A stretch of DNA of 32,950 nt from an uncultured Alphaproteobacteria bacterium (GCA_964514295.1 CAZEQG010000001.1:1-32950); one strand, 5' to 3'; counted from the stretch's first letter, positions 15,432 through 24,393 are shown. The notes: generated from the sequence alone by a model not told the origin. Program-made: numbers and translations.

Positions 15432-16963
15432 GCCGTGGTGTTCCAGTCGAGCTGGATGCCATACATGCCTTCGAGCATGTCGAGCTGATGGCGCATCCAC
15501 TGGTCAGCGTCGGCGAGGTACTGCGCCCGGGTCTCGGCCGGAATCTCCGGGTTGCTGATGATGTTGTTGATCCTGCTGGTGTGCTGCGCCTGGATGTTGG
15601 CGACCATGGTCCCGATCTTCTCGCGGTCGGCCGTCGCCACCTGCATCTGGGCGATCCGCGTGCGGGTTTCGGCATCGAGCTGGGCCTGCCAGTTCTTCGA
15701 TGCGATGTCCTGCTGCTGCATGGCGCGCTGGTTGGCGATGTCCTGCTGCTGCAGCCATCGCTGGTTCGCCAGATTGGCATCGGCGCTCGCGATCGGAACC
15801 GCCGCGTCGATCATGGCGGCCTGGGCCGCTTCCGCCGCCACGGTGGAATTCAGCAGGCCACGGCGGTTCGCCAGCATCAACCCCTGGGAAGCCGCCCGCT
15901 GCATCAGCGGGCTTTCCGCCTGCAGGATGTCGGAAACGATCTGCTCCGTGGTTTTCGGGGCGACCTGCGTCGTGCTTGCCGGCTTGCGCGCCGGGTCGTT
16001 CGCATCGAGCCAGGCATTGATCTTCGCCTGATCGGCGGCCGGCAGCGTGGCCATCCAGGCGCCGGCCTGCCCTTCACCCATGTCGTTGAACGGCAGGCTA
16101 TAGCCCTGCGACTGCAGCCACGCGACGAACTGCTGATTGAACTCGGGGCGACTGCCGTAGTCGACGAAGGGGCCGTTCTGGGATGCGCTCCCGCGCGCCT
16201 GCGCGTAAGTGGCCGGGTTGATGCCCGCCGCCTGAAGCGCCGACGCGGAGAACGGCTGCGGGTTCGTCGGATCGCTGTTCGGGTCGTTGTGGCCGGCCTT
16301 CATCGCATCGAGGTAGCCCTGACCGCCGGGGCGGTACCACGACTCCCAGGTGTACTTGGCGGCTTCCGGGCTGCTCTGGTCGACCGCGCCCGCCGCGATC
16401 GTGGCCGCGAAGTCCGGATCGTCCTCGCGCATCTGGATCGTGGCGCCGTTTGGCAGCTTCAAGTTCCGGATCGTGCCGGTCCCCGGCAGGCTGTTCGGCG
16501 TGCTGGTGGTGGCCGTGGGCTGGGGCGGGGGAGGCGGGGGCGCTGGGGCCTGCTGCTGAGCCTTCCAGGCGACATAGCCGCCGTCGCCGAACTGCCCGGT
16601 GTAACCCTCCTGACGGGCGCTCACCTCCGCGGCGTTCGCGGCCCGTCCCTCCGTGCGCCCGAAGGTCTGATAGTGCTCCCATGGGTCTACCCCGGCAGCG
16701 GCGACATCAGGGTTGTTCTGGAGATACAGGTCGCGGTCGAAATTGCTGGCCGTCGCGAACTCAAGCAGGCCGGTATGCGGGTTGCGCGTGCCTCGGCCGC
16801 CGGCGCGCCGCAGAAGCTCGGCCTCACGGGGATTGATGTGGGCGACGATGGTGTCGCCATCGCGGCCGGCGGCCTGCACCATGGCCGCCGCGCGGGCCAG
16901 AAGCCCGCCGGCCGGCGCCGTCGGGCGGCGGCTCGCCATCTGTCGCGTGGTTGGTGCTGGCAT
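15428..16963 (-). CDS. hypothetical phage structural/internal protein with GDT..AHINP.EA.LL...GG.G..NP.TGL.EF N-terminal motif and Gln-rich C-terminal repeats
   Basis: 511 aa from the ATG at 16963, which has a strong GAGGAGG Shine-Dalgarno 9 nt upstream. An alternative ATG at 16999 has none. The protein contains GDTIVAHINPREAELLRRAGGRGTRNPHTGLLEF, an FDRDLYLQNNPDVAAAGVDPWEHYQTFGRTEGR block, a poly-Pro linker and repeated QQQDIA(N/S) units. Confidence 0.75.
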   Translation of the reverse strand: MPAPTTRQMASRRPTAPAGGLLARAAAMVQAAGRDGDTIVAHINPREAELLRRAGGRGTRNPHTGLLEFATASNFDRDLYLQNNPDVAAAGVDPWEHYQTFGRTEGRAANAAEVSARQEGYTGQFGDGGYVAWKAQQQAPAPPPPPPQPTATTSTPNSLPGTGTIRNLKLPNGATIQMREDDPDFAATIAAGAVDQSSPEAAKYTWESWYRPGGQGYLDAMKAGHNDPNSDPTNPQPFSASALQAAGINPATYAQARGSASQNGPFVDYGSRPEFNQQFVAWLQSQGYSLPFNDMGEGQAGAWMATLPAADQAKINAWLDANDPARKPASTTQVAPKTTEQIVSDILQAESPLMQRAASQGLMLANRRGLLNSTVAAEAAQAAMIDAAVPIASADANLANQRWLQQQDIANQRAMQQQDIASKNWQAQLDAETRTRIAQMQVATADREKIGTMVANIQAQHTSRINNIISNPEIPAETRAQYLADADQWMRHQLDMLEGMYGIQLDWNTTA

Positions 16964-17005
16964 GGACTCCCGCCTCCTCAACGGCCCGGAAGCCGCCATG
17001 GGTTT

Positions 17006-17329
17006 TCAGTCGTGGCCTGGCTGGCCGGTATGGCCGGCTGCCAGCCGGTCTTCGAGCCGCGAGACGCGCCGGTCGATGAAGTCCCGCAGTTCCGCCATCG
17101 CGGCATAGCGCACGTAGCGGGCCTCGCTTTCGAGCTGCCAGGCATGCAGCTGCTGTCGCAGCGCCGTGACCTCGGCCCAAAGCCGCTCTGCCTCCGACCG
17201 GCGCCGGTCCTCTGCATCGGCAAGGCGGGCGGCCTGCGCGGCATCCAGCCGCCAGATCAGCCCCAGCAGGCCGCCAACGGCCGGCAGGGCAAGCCACTGC
17301 ACCACGGCCCATGCGGCATCCCAGTTCAC
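17006..17329 (-). CDS. small membrane-anchored coiled-coil protein
   Basis: 107 aa with a GTG start overlapping the upstream stop (GTGA). An N-terminal TM helix (AWAVVQWLALPAVGGLLGLIW) is followed by a charged helical region. Confidence 0.6.
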   Translation of the reverse strand: MNWDAAWAVVQWLALPAVGGLLGLIWRLDAAQAARLADAEDRRRSEAERLWAEVTALRQQLHAWQLESEARYVRYAAMAELRDFIDRRVSRLEDRLAAGHTGQPGHD

Positions 17330-17661
17330 GACGGGTCCCCCGCCGGCGGGGCGCGATGGGATCGCCAGTCGCTTCCGCCCGCCAGCTTGCAGGCATGGCC
17401 GGAGTCTGGCGTCAGCAGGTAGAGCAGCCAGCGCGAGCCGTCGCGGGCCGAGAACAGCAGCATGCTGGCGCCCGGAAGGTCACCGTCGGCGGCGATGCGC
17501 CAGCCATCGGCTTCGAGCACGGCCAGCACGGCCGTGGCGGGCCAGCAGGGGGCGGACAGGGAGATCGCGGCGCCGTCCGGCCGCTCTTCCGCCACCGCCC
17601 GCCCGGGCGACAGCAGGCAGGCGAGCAGCCCCACGGCCGCCGCCAGAATGGCTGCGCGCAT
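17326..17661 (-). CDS. small secreted or lipid-anchored protein (signal peptide)
   Basis: 111 aa from the ATG at 17661, with a GGAGG 6 nt upstream. MRAAILAAAVGLLACLLSPGRAVA looks like a signal peptide; the LLAC lipobox is imperfect. The track's 340-aa ORF is an upstream shadow extension. Confidence 0.65.
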   Translation of the reverse strand: MRAAILAAAVGLLACLLSPGRAVAEERPDGAAISLSAPCWPATAVLAVLEADGWRIAADGDLPGASMLLFSARDGSRWLLYLLTPDSGHACKLAGGSDWRSHRAPPAGDPS

Positions 17662-17708
17662 GATGACCTCCGATGGCTCGTTGTGATGCGTAACCGAGGC
17701 TCCGCGCG

Positions 17709-18359
17709 TCAGTCCGGCGCGGTCCCGGCCCAGTCGATGGCATCCCAGACGCCGCGCACCGCGCCGGGGCTTTCCGCCGCCTCGATCGCCGCGACGGCGC
17801 CGGCCTCGATGGCTGCCAGGGCCGCGCCGATCTGCCGCCACGCGGTGTAGGCCGCCTCGATCATGTCCGCCTGGGCGGCGAGGCTGATGCCGCGCGCGGT
17901 GGCCTCCGCCGCCATCAGCGGGTAGTCGGAAGGGTCGGGCTCGGCGGCGGCGCGATAGCCGCGCAGTTCGTCGACCTTCTCCCTGTACTCCAGCATCTTG
18001 CCCTGGCCGGGCGTGATCCAGAGCTGCCGGCGCCGCTCGGCCTCGGCACGGACGGCCGCGATGGCGCCGGAACGTGCCTGCGCCACTGGCAGGTCCTCGG
18101 CCGGCCGCTGACGGAGCACCACCCGCTGTTCGCCATCCGCCACCAGGACCGGGGTGGCGCCATGCCGCTGCCAGGGCAGCAGATCGGCCCAGCCCTCGAC
18201 CACCGGCCACCAGCAGGTGCCCTGAAGGTGCGGCGGCAGGCCGGGCAGGGCCAGGGGGCCGGCAAGCGCGCCCCGCGACAGCCCGCGCAGGGGCGATGGC
18301 AGCGGCTGCGGGTCCGAGACCGCCTCGCCGCCGTCGATGGCACACCACAGGTCAGACAT
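17709..18359 (-). CDS. hypothetical tail-associated protein
   Basis: 216 aa from the ATG at 18359 (MSDLWCAIDGG), overlapping the upstream gene by 8 nt. The Ala-rich helical C-terminal half resembles tail-fibre accessory proteins only loosely. Confidence 0.6.
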   Translation of the reverse strand: MSDLWCAIDGGEAVSDPQPLPSPLRGLSRGALAGPLALPGLPPHLQGTCWWPVVEGWADLLPWQRHGATPVLVADGEQRVVLRQRPAEDLPVAQARSGAIAAVRAEAERRRQLWITPGQGKMLEYREKVDELRGYRAAAEPDPSDYPLMAAEATARGISLAAQADMIEAAYTAWRQIGAALAAIEAGAVAAIEAAESPGAVRGVWDAIDWAGTAPD

Positions 18360-19023
18360 AGCCGTACCCCACCGGCAGGTAGAGGGCGCCCGCCGCATCC
18401 ATGATCCGATAGGTGCAGTCGCGAGTGCCGCTGACGTTCAGCCCGGCCCGTATCTTCATCTCACCCGCCAGGTGAGTGGCTATCGACCCGCCGGTGACCG
18501 TGTACTGGAGCGCACCATTCTGCCACAGCGTGATTTCTGCCGCCGTCTGGCGCAGCCCGATCCCCAGGCGCACCGGCAGGGCGGCCCCCGCATAGCCGCC
18601 AATCGCCCCGGCGGCATGCCGGCATAGTGCCTGCGAGTCGGTAGCGGCCGCGCCGTTGAAGTACCAGCCATAGGTGTTGCCCAGGCTGGTGTCGGCAGTG
18701 GGGCCGGATGCCGTGTCGACGCCGACCTGGAAATACCTCGCATCCGTGCCGTAGGTCGTGGCCGAAATCAGCATCTCCACGTATCGCGGCGTGTCGTCGA
18801 CCGTGAACGTTGTCGACACACAGTAGGCGTTCGACACGCTGCCGGAAATCCGTAGATCGCGGTCGCCATTCGACCGGGTGAAGGTGGCGGTGCCGCTGGT
18901 GGTGGCCGTCCAGGTGATGGACTGGTTGGCCGGCGGCGTGACGGGCGTGCTGGCGGCGGCAACAACCCTGCCGCGCGGCCGCTCGAAGGCGGGCGGCCCG
19001 GGAAGGCGCCGCGTCGCGCTCAT
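18352..19023 (-). CDS. hypothetical beta-rich tail/receptor-binding-like protein
   Basis: 223 aa with Thr/Ser/Gly-rich beta-strand-like composition, ATGA-coupled to the upstream gene. It lies two genes downstream of the tail-fibre gene. Confidence 0.6.
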   Translation of the reverse strand: MSATRRLPGPPAFERPRGRVVAAASTPVTPPANQSITWTATTSGTATFTRSNGDRDLRISGSVSNAYCVSTTFTVDDTPRYVEMLISATTYGTDARYFQVGVDTASGPTADTSLGNTYGWYFNGAAATDSQALCRHAAGAIGGYAGAALPVRLGIGLRQTAAEITLWQNGALQYTVTGGSIATHLAGEMKIRAGLNVSGTRDCTYRIMDAAGALYLPVGYGYV

Positions 19024-19457
19024 GCCTCAAGGTCCGCGTAGTCCATACCCTCAAGCGCGAAGGAGAAGCCCACGCCGCTGATGCTCAGCCCGCCATAGAG
19101 GCTGTCCTCGGCCCCAAGCCGCAGCGGCGTGTCCTCGCTGATGATCACGTCAGCGCCCAGATCGAAGGCCGCAGGCGACGGGCCGCCGGTGAAGCCGTTC
19201 GCGGTGAAACTCGCGACCGCGACCGGCAGCGTCACGCTGGTGCCGGCCGCGCGGATCAGCAGCAGCGCATAGCCCGCCGCATGCGCCGCCAGCGGCACCA
19301 CGCGGGCGCCGGTGACCACGCGGCCCTCGGCCCCGCCATCGGTCAGCAGGGTGACCCCCGTCGGGGCGGTGCTGTCCAGGCTGCCGATTGCCGCCGCGAT
19401 CCGCTGCTGGGCGGTGAATGCCGACTGCCCGAACGGCGCCTTGTGGGTCTTTGCCAT
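19020..19457 (-). CDS. hypothetical phage structural protein
   Basis: 145 aa with the ATG at 19457, lying 12 nt downstream of the tail-fibre gene. G/C-biased third positions support it as a gene. Confidence 0.6.
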   Translation of the reverse strand: MAKTHKAPFGQSAFTAQQRIAAAIGSLDSTAPTGVTLLTDGGAEGRVVTGARVVPLAAHAAGYALLLIRAAGTSVTLPVAVASFTANGFTGGPSPAAFDLGADVIISEDTPLRLGAEDSLYGGLSISGVGFSFALEGMDYADLEA

Positions 19458-19469
19458 TGTCGCTTGCTC

Positions 19470-20333
19470 CTACAGTGCCCGAACGACCCCGATCAGTTCA
19501 TCTTCGTCGGCCAGCTCGACAAACCCCGCCCCCGTCGCCCCTCGCGGGCCGGAGACCGTGACCCCCCAGGCGGCATAGGTGCCGCTGCCGGTCGCCGTAT
19601 GGACGTGCACCGTCATGGCGCCGCTGCCGCTCGAATAGGTCTGCACATCGCCTGCCATGAGGTTCGCGGTGTCATGAGCGATCACGACCGGCAGACCGGC
19701 CACAAAGGCGCGGCCGGTCTGCACCGTCAGCGACTTCACCCCGGTGCCAACAGAAAGGCTCGTGCTGCTGCTGGCCTGCATGGCGCCGAGAGCCAGGGCG
19801 CCGGCGATCCCGGCTACCGTCGTCACATCGGCCGCCACGCCCGCGACCGTCGTCACGTTGGCGGCAATGCCGGCAACCGTGGCGATCTCGGCGGCAATCG
19901 CCGCCAGCGCCTGCTGCGAGGCCGAAAGATAGCCACCCACCAGCACCCAATAGGTGCCGTTGTAGACTGTCAGCGCCACACCATCCTGCTGGATGTTGCC
20001 AGCCGCAAGCGCGCTGCCGTCAGGCTGGCGGATCGCCACCGCGCCGGTACCGTCGACATTCAGCGTCGCCGCGTCCGTGTTGTCCGCCGCCGCCTTGAAC
20101 AGCACCATGTCGCCGGCCACGAGCGGTCCGGTCATGGTGTGCGTCATCGTCACCGTGATGGCGTTCGCGGTACCGCCCACGGTCGCCGCATACTGCACCC
20201 GGCCGCGCTTCAGCGCCGCTTCCGCCGGCAGCATGGCAAAGCCGTCGGCGATCGCCTGCAGCTCGTTGGCCACCTGGGCCGCCCGCGCCAGGGTAAAGCG
20301 GGACGGTGGGGAGGAGACCGTGTAGTAGGTCAT
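19470..20333 (-). CDS. tail fibre-like protein with decapeptide repeats
   Basis: 287 aa from the ATG at 20333 (MTYYTVSSPP), overlapping the upstream stop by 1 nt. It has an N-terminal anchor-like region, a central IATVAGIAANV / TTVAGVAADV / TTVAGIAGAL repeat and a C-terminal Gly/Thr/Ser-rich domain. Confidence 0.7.
   Translation of the reverse strand: MTYYTVSSPPSRFTLARAAQVANELQAIADGFAMLPAEAALKRGRVQYAATVGGTANAITVTMTHTMTGPLVAGDMVLFKAAADNTDAATLNVDGTGAVAIRQPDGSALAAGNIQQDGVALTVYNGTYWVLVGGYLSASQQALAAIAAEIATVAGIAANVTTVAGVAADVTTVAGIAGALALGAMQASSSTSLSVGTGVKSLTVQTGRAFVAGLPVVIAHDTANLMAGDVQTYSSGSGAMTVHVHTATGSGTYAAWGVTVSGPRGATGAGFVELADEDELIGVVRAL
19794..19895 (-). repeat. 30-nt periodic in-frame repeat (about 3 units) inside the tail-fibre gene
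   Basis: At the DNA level, ACCGTCGTCAC...GCC.GC.A.GCC units recur every 30 nt and encode (T/A)TVAG(I/V)AA(N/D)V. Confidence 0.8.
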
Positions 20334-22435
20334 CAGCGTGACTGCCTTCGCAGGGTGTAGAGAAGCCGCACGCCGTGCAGGACGTGTGGACGCTCCCAGA
20401 TGGCTGACGAAATGACCGTGACCGACAGGTTGCGGCCGGCGCCGCTGATTCGGGCCGACGCCTCGCCACGGATCGGACTCGACCAGAAGAAGCGATCCCA
20501 GATCGCTTCGTCCCAAACGCCGCCGCCGCCCCGCACAACGAACTGCTGCTCCTGTGCCGGCGCCGTCTCCGGATCGGCATAGGAGAACTCCGCCGTCAGC
20601 CCCAGCGCGGTCGCCGTGTCCGCATCGACCTCAACCACGACCTGGTGAAACCGCTTGCGCACATCCGGCTGGCCGACGGCGTTGAAGGCAAGCCGGCAAT
20701 AGGCGGTTACCGCCTCGCCGTCGAAGCTGGTGCCGCTGTCGAGCTGGTAGACCATCCCGTCATCGGACCCCAGAAGCATCACCTCGCTGCCCGTGGCGTC
20801 CTCGCCCGAACAGCAGCACTCGACGGCTACCCCAAGCTCGATAAGGCCAACCTCCGGATACTTGCGGCCCATATAGACCGTCACCCCGGTGCCATCGGCA
20901 TAGTAGAGGCGGTACTGATCCCGCGCCCGGCAGCGCAGGCTTGCGACGGGGAGCACGCCGGCGGCAGCCTTCTCCCGAAAATACGGCTGGATCGCCTGCG
21001 TGACGGCACCCATGCGAAAGTCGCCATATGCCTGGGTGGCGCTCATGTCGCGCACCCCCGCATCGTCGACATAGAGCGGCCGGCCAAGCCTTTGCGCAGT
21101 CCAGGCAACCGCGCCCGCATCGTCGGCCAGCGGTCGCAGGTCGAAGTCGTTGATATCCGAACCGTAAAGCGCAGCAATGCGGTTGCGTCCGAAGACCACC
21201 AGCACGCCCAGCACGTCGGACAGCAGCCCGGTGATTTCCTGCCCGAAGTAATGGGTGCCGGACCCGGTCGACACCGCCCAGGCGTAAGGCTCGCCGATGC
21301 TGCTGTTCTTCAGCGTGCCGCCGGGGAACGTCAGCCACAGGTGCGATTTGTGCGCCACCACCCTGGATGGCGTGTCGACGGTCTCCGTCGTCAGGATCGG
21401 CACTAGCACCTCGCCGTCCCAATCGCAGGCCGGCCCTACGCCATTCGCCATGTACAGGCGTTCCTTCGCCGGATCGCCGTAGAAGTTGTGCACCGTCACG
21501 TCGTAGCGCCCGCCCGGCGGCAAGGTGATCGCCGCCGAGTTCCCGCCGATCGTGGCAAGGTTCGTTGCCGCGCCGACATCGAGGTTTTCGGCGCCGAAGG
21601 CGCCAAGCTGTCCGCTCAGGATCAGCCGGCCTGCGGCATCGCCACCGGCCCATGTTCCCGACGTGACGATGACGCGCTCCACGGTCGCCGTGGCCGTCGA
21701 CGTGGCGCCAGTGATCGTGTCGCCCTCGGCGATCGGCGTGGTCCCGCCTGAAGTGAAGGCGAGGCTGCGCCCGAAGCTTTGTGCCTGCCAGCCGGTCGGC
21801 GTCGCCTTGTGCAGCACGCCGGCCGTGCCGTCCACGTTGTCCCGGACGGCGTAGCGATCGCCCCGGAACAGCCAGACCCCGCGCACCGGCCCGCTGCCGG
21901 GAACGGCTGCGATCTGCGACCGAGCGTAGGTGACGGCGGCCCGCACCCAGGTGGTGTCGTCGGTGTCGTTGTCGGCGCCGCGCTCGACCGCCACGCCGTC
22001 GGCGACCGCCACCGGGGTGGCCGACACCTCAAGGGCCTCGTTGTCCTGGAAGGTGCCGTTCACCTGCGTGAGGATGATCGTCCCGGCGGCATCCCCGCCG
22101 CCGTAGCTGCCGGCCGTCGGCTCGACATCGTAGAGCGCGATGCCAGTGGCCCCCGAGGTGCCGCCGGTAACGACATCGCCCGCCTCGATCTGCGTGCTGC
22201 CGCCGTCGAAGGCCAGCGTCCAGTAGCTGGCGGCCGATGGCGCCGGCCTGCCGTCCATCCGCTCGAAGCCATGGATGCGCGCGTACCCGCCTTCGTCCGG
22301 CTCGTAGTTGAGGCCGCCGATCATTCGACCCGGCGGCGTGCGGATCGCAGGCGACACCATGTCGAGGCCGCCCGCCAGCACGTAAGCCGTGGCCGCCCAA
22401 GGCTTGGCGCTGCCGCGACCGATGGCCATGAACAT
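20333..22435 (-). CDS. large tail/baseplate-type structural protein (occupies the position of a podovirus tail tubular B-like protein)
   Basis: 700 aa with an internal duplication of a segment of about 55 aa (IEAGDVVTGGTSGATG...GGDAAGTIILTQVNGTFQDNEALEV versus IAEGDTITGATSTATA...GGDAAGRLILSGQLGAFGAENLDV) and a beta-rich C-terminal two-thirds. The function is inferred from size and position only. Confidence 0.6.
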   Translation of the reverse strand: MFMAIGRGSAKPWAATAYVLAGGLDMVSPAIRTPPGRMIGGLNYEPDEGGYARIHGFERMDGRPAPSAASYWTLAFDGGSTQIEAGDVVTGGTSGATGIALYDVEPTAGSYGGGDAAGTIILTQVNGTFQDNEALEVSATPVAVADGVAVERGADNDTDDTTWVRAAVTYARSQIAAVPGSGPVRGVWLFRGDRYAVRDNVDGTAGVLHKATPTGWQAQSFGRSLAFTSGGTTPIAEGDTITGATSTATATVERVIVTSGTWAGGDAAGRLILSGQLGAFGAENLDVGAATNLATIGGNSAAITLPPGGRYDVTVHNFYGDPAKERLYMANGVGPACDWDGEVLVPILTTETVDTPSRVVAHKSHLWLTFPGGTLKNSSIGEPYAWAVSTGSGTHYFGQEITGLLSDVLGVLVVFGRNRIAALYGSDINDFDLRPLADDAGAVAWTAQRLGRPLYVDDAGVRDMSATQAYGDFRMGAVTQAIQPYFREKAAAGVLPVASLRCRARDQYRLYYADGTGVTVYMGRKYPEVGLIELGVAVECCCSGEDATGSEVMLLGSDDGMVYQLDSGTSFDGEAVTAYCRLAFNAVGQPDVRKRFHQVVVEVDADTATALGLTAEFSYADPETAPAQEQQFVVRGGGGVWDEAIWDRFFWSSPIRGEASARISGAGRNLSVTVISSAIWERPHVLHGVRLLYTLRRQSR

Positions 22436-22447
22436 CCGCCCGGCCCC

Positions 22448-23164
22448 CTACGCGAGCGCTGCCGGCAACCAGCGCGGCGGCGGCAGCTGATCGCGCTTCA
22501 GCGCGGCAAGGAGCGGCCGGTACTGTGCCTGCGCGCCCGCGAACGCCATGCCGGCCTCATCGAAGGCTGCCAGCTTCATGCAGGCCAGATAGCTGATCAC
22601 GTCGTGGAAGCGCGCCGGGCAAAGCGGCGTGTCGGCATTGGCGGCCAGCACCTGGGCGGTGCGCTCATATGGTCCCTGGAGCGTGTAGACGGCATCCGGC
22701 ACCGGCCCCAGCCACAGCGCATTGTCCGGCGCGATTGCAGCTTCGAGCGGCCGGCCCTGCACCTGCGAGCCGCGCCGCCATCGCCGCTCGAACGCCTCCC
22801 AGTCGACGATGGTCAGCGGGGCCTCGTCCGACACCCCCGTCGCCGTCCGATAGAGCGTCAGGCAATCGCCGTAGCCACCGGCGCGCCGGTCATCCGACAT
22901 CAGCCAGCGGCCGAAGTCGGCGATGCCGAGCGCCGTCGGCGTGTACTCGGCGGTGCCGCCTGTCGTGCTGGCCGAAAAACGCCGCCGCAGGAACAGCCAC
23001 CCGTGCTCCGCCGTCTGAATCTCGACCCACGCATCGCGGACCCACAGGATGATCCGCTGCAGATCGGCCGATGTCTGGTTGAGGACGGATACCGGCAGGC
23101 CGGTACCGCCCACGACACCCGACATAAGGGCCGTCCGCTGGGCGAGTTCCAGATAGGTGGCCAT
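22448..23164 (-). CDS. virion structural protein (head-tail adaptor / tail tubular A-like position)
   Basis: 238 aa with the ATG at 23164, 2 nt after the upstream stop. The function is assigned from position only. Confidence 0.55.
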   Translation of the reverse strand: MATYLELAQRTALMSGVVGGTGLPVSVLNQTSADLQRIILWVRDAWVEIQTAEHGWLFLRRRFSASTTGGTAEYTPTALGIADFGRWLMSDDRRAGGYGDCLTLYRTATGVSDEAPLTIVDWEAFERRWRRGSQVQGRPLEAAIAPDNALWLGPVPDAVYTLQGPYERTAQVLAANADTPLCPARFHDVISYLACMKLAAFDEAGMAFAGAQAQYRPLLAALKRDQLPPPRWLPAALA

Positions 23165-23166
23165 CG

Positions 23167-23814
23167 TCAGGCGGCCCGAGCCTCGGTCTTGCTCGGCAGG
23201 GCAATGGTGTAGGTGGCCGGCCGCTTCACCATCAGGGAGTGCCGCTGCACCTCGGTCGGAGTCATGTTGCCGCCGGCCTCATCCTGCGTGTACTCGATGC
23301 CGGTGGCGTCGAGCAGCGCCAGAACGAAGGGCTCCGCCAGTTCCACGTCCCGGCCGCGCGGCACGAAAATCTGCCGGCCGCCACAAGCGACCGGGACATC
23401 GTACTTCCCGTCGTAGTCCGTGGTCCTGGGGATCATCACCAGGCACTTCGGCCAGTTGGTGAAGTCGGTGTAGCGCAGGGGCTTGCCATCGCTGCCGATC
23501 AGCACGCCGCCGAGCGCCGCAGCCAGATCGCGCGCCGCCTCATAGCCGGTCGCCGCAATCGTATCGGCCCCCTCAAGGTTGGCCTCGATGGCTGCCGGCT
23601 GCTTGGCGAGTTTCGCCGCCTCGCGGTCGGCGGCGCCATCGTCCGGCAGGTTGATCCAGTCATCCTCGCCGATCCCCAGCTCCAGCAGCTTTGCCCGGCA
23701 CTTCTCGATGCCGGTGGCGGGATGGAAGCCGGGGATTCCCTGCACCTTGATCAGGTAGTCGACCAGCTGTTCCCTGGTCGCCTCGCGGGCCAGAATCTGG
23801 TACTTAGTCGCCAT
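23167..23814 (-). CDS. hypothetical phage head-tail region protein
   Basis: 215 aa, tightly spaced and co-oriented with its neighbours. I recognise no family. Confidence 0.6.
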   Translation of the reverse strand: MATKYQILAREATREQLVDYLIKVQGIPGFHPATGIEKCRAKLLELGIGEDDWINLPDDGAADREAAKLAKQPAAIEANLEGADTIAATGYEAARDLAAALGGVLIGSDGKPLRYTDFTNWPKCLVMIPRTTDYDGKYDVPVACGGRQIFVPRGRDVELAEPFVLALLDATGIEYTQDEAGGNMTPTEVQRHSLMVKRPATYTIALPSKTEARAA

Positions 23815-23817
23815 CGC

Positions 23818-24393
23818 TTAGGCTCCCCAGTTGGTTCCGGAGGCCGCCGAAACAACCAGGCGCCCACCCAGCGGACGCCGCGCCACGACGTACTGGTCGG
23901 CCGGATTGGCCGTATCGACCAGCGTGCCCGTGAAGATACCGGTCGCCGCCGTCACGACGCTCCAGTGCTTCTTGGCCGTGTGCGCCGACAGGATCGCTCC
24001 GACGCTCGCGGTCAGGTCGCCCGAGTAGGTGTCGGCGGTAAGCCCGATGCCCGTGGCCGCCTCGCTCATCCAGATTTCGAGGTTGTGAACGGCCGCCACG
24101 GTGGAGCCGGCCGCGTCCTTCACCGTGATCGTGATATCCATGCCGTCGCTGGTCGAGGATGCTGCCAGGGCGATCGTCACCGTACAGCCGATGCCGGCAA
24201 GAAGGTTGAGTTCAGCCGTCGTGAGCGTGGCGCCGTCGAGCTTGTTCAGCTCGGCCGCGCTCGATGTCACCCCGGCGATGGCGTTGAAGTCGCCGTTGAC
24301 GAAAGCCGTCAGAACGTGGGCAAGCGAAAGCGATCCGGTGTCGTTGCATGCGGTCGCCACATGCTCGCGCGCCTGTGCGATCGAGAGAGCCAT
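23818..24393 (-). CDS. hypothetical virion protein (possible head decoration/fibre-like)
   Basis: 191 aa with a strong AAGGAGAAG Shine-Dalgarno upstream of the ATG at 24393. It contains AAELNKLDGATLTTAELNLLAG and Thr/Ala/Ser-rich beta-like sequence. Confidence 0.6.
   Translation of the reverse strand: MALSIAQAREHVATACNDTGSLSLAHVLTAFVNGDFNAIAGVTSSAAELNKLDGATLTTAELNLLAGIGCTVTIALAASSTSDGMDITITVKDAAGSTVAAVHNLEIWMSEAATGIGLTADTYSGDLTASVGAILSAHTAKKHWSVVTAATGIFTGTLVDTANPADQYVVARRPLGGRLVVSAASGTNWGA

Noticed and set aside
17662-18348. The upstream 229 codons of track ORF 17326-18348, and the other overlapping ORFs 17480-17743 and 17915-18343.
   Set aside because: These are Arg/Gly/Pro shadow sequence overlapping the better 17709-18359 gene. 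Only the last 111 codons, which have a GGAGG Shine-Dalgarno and a signal peptide, look real.
18352-22435. A diversity-generating retroelement acting on the tail-fibre genes.
   Set aside because: No reverse-transcriptase ORF is present, and no template/variable repeat pair with adenine-specific differences was seen in the window.
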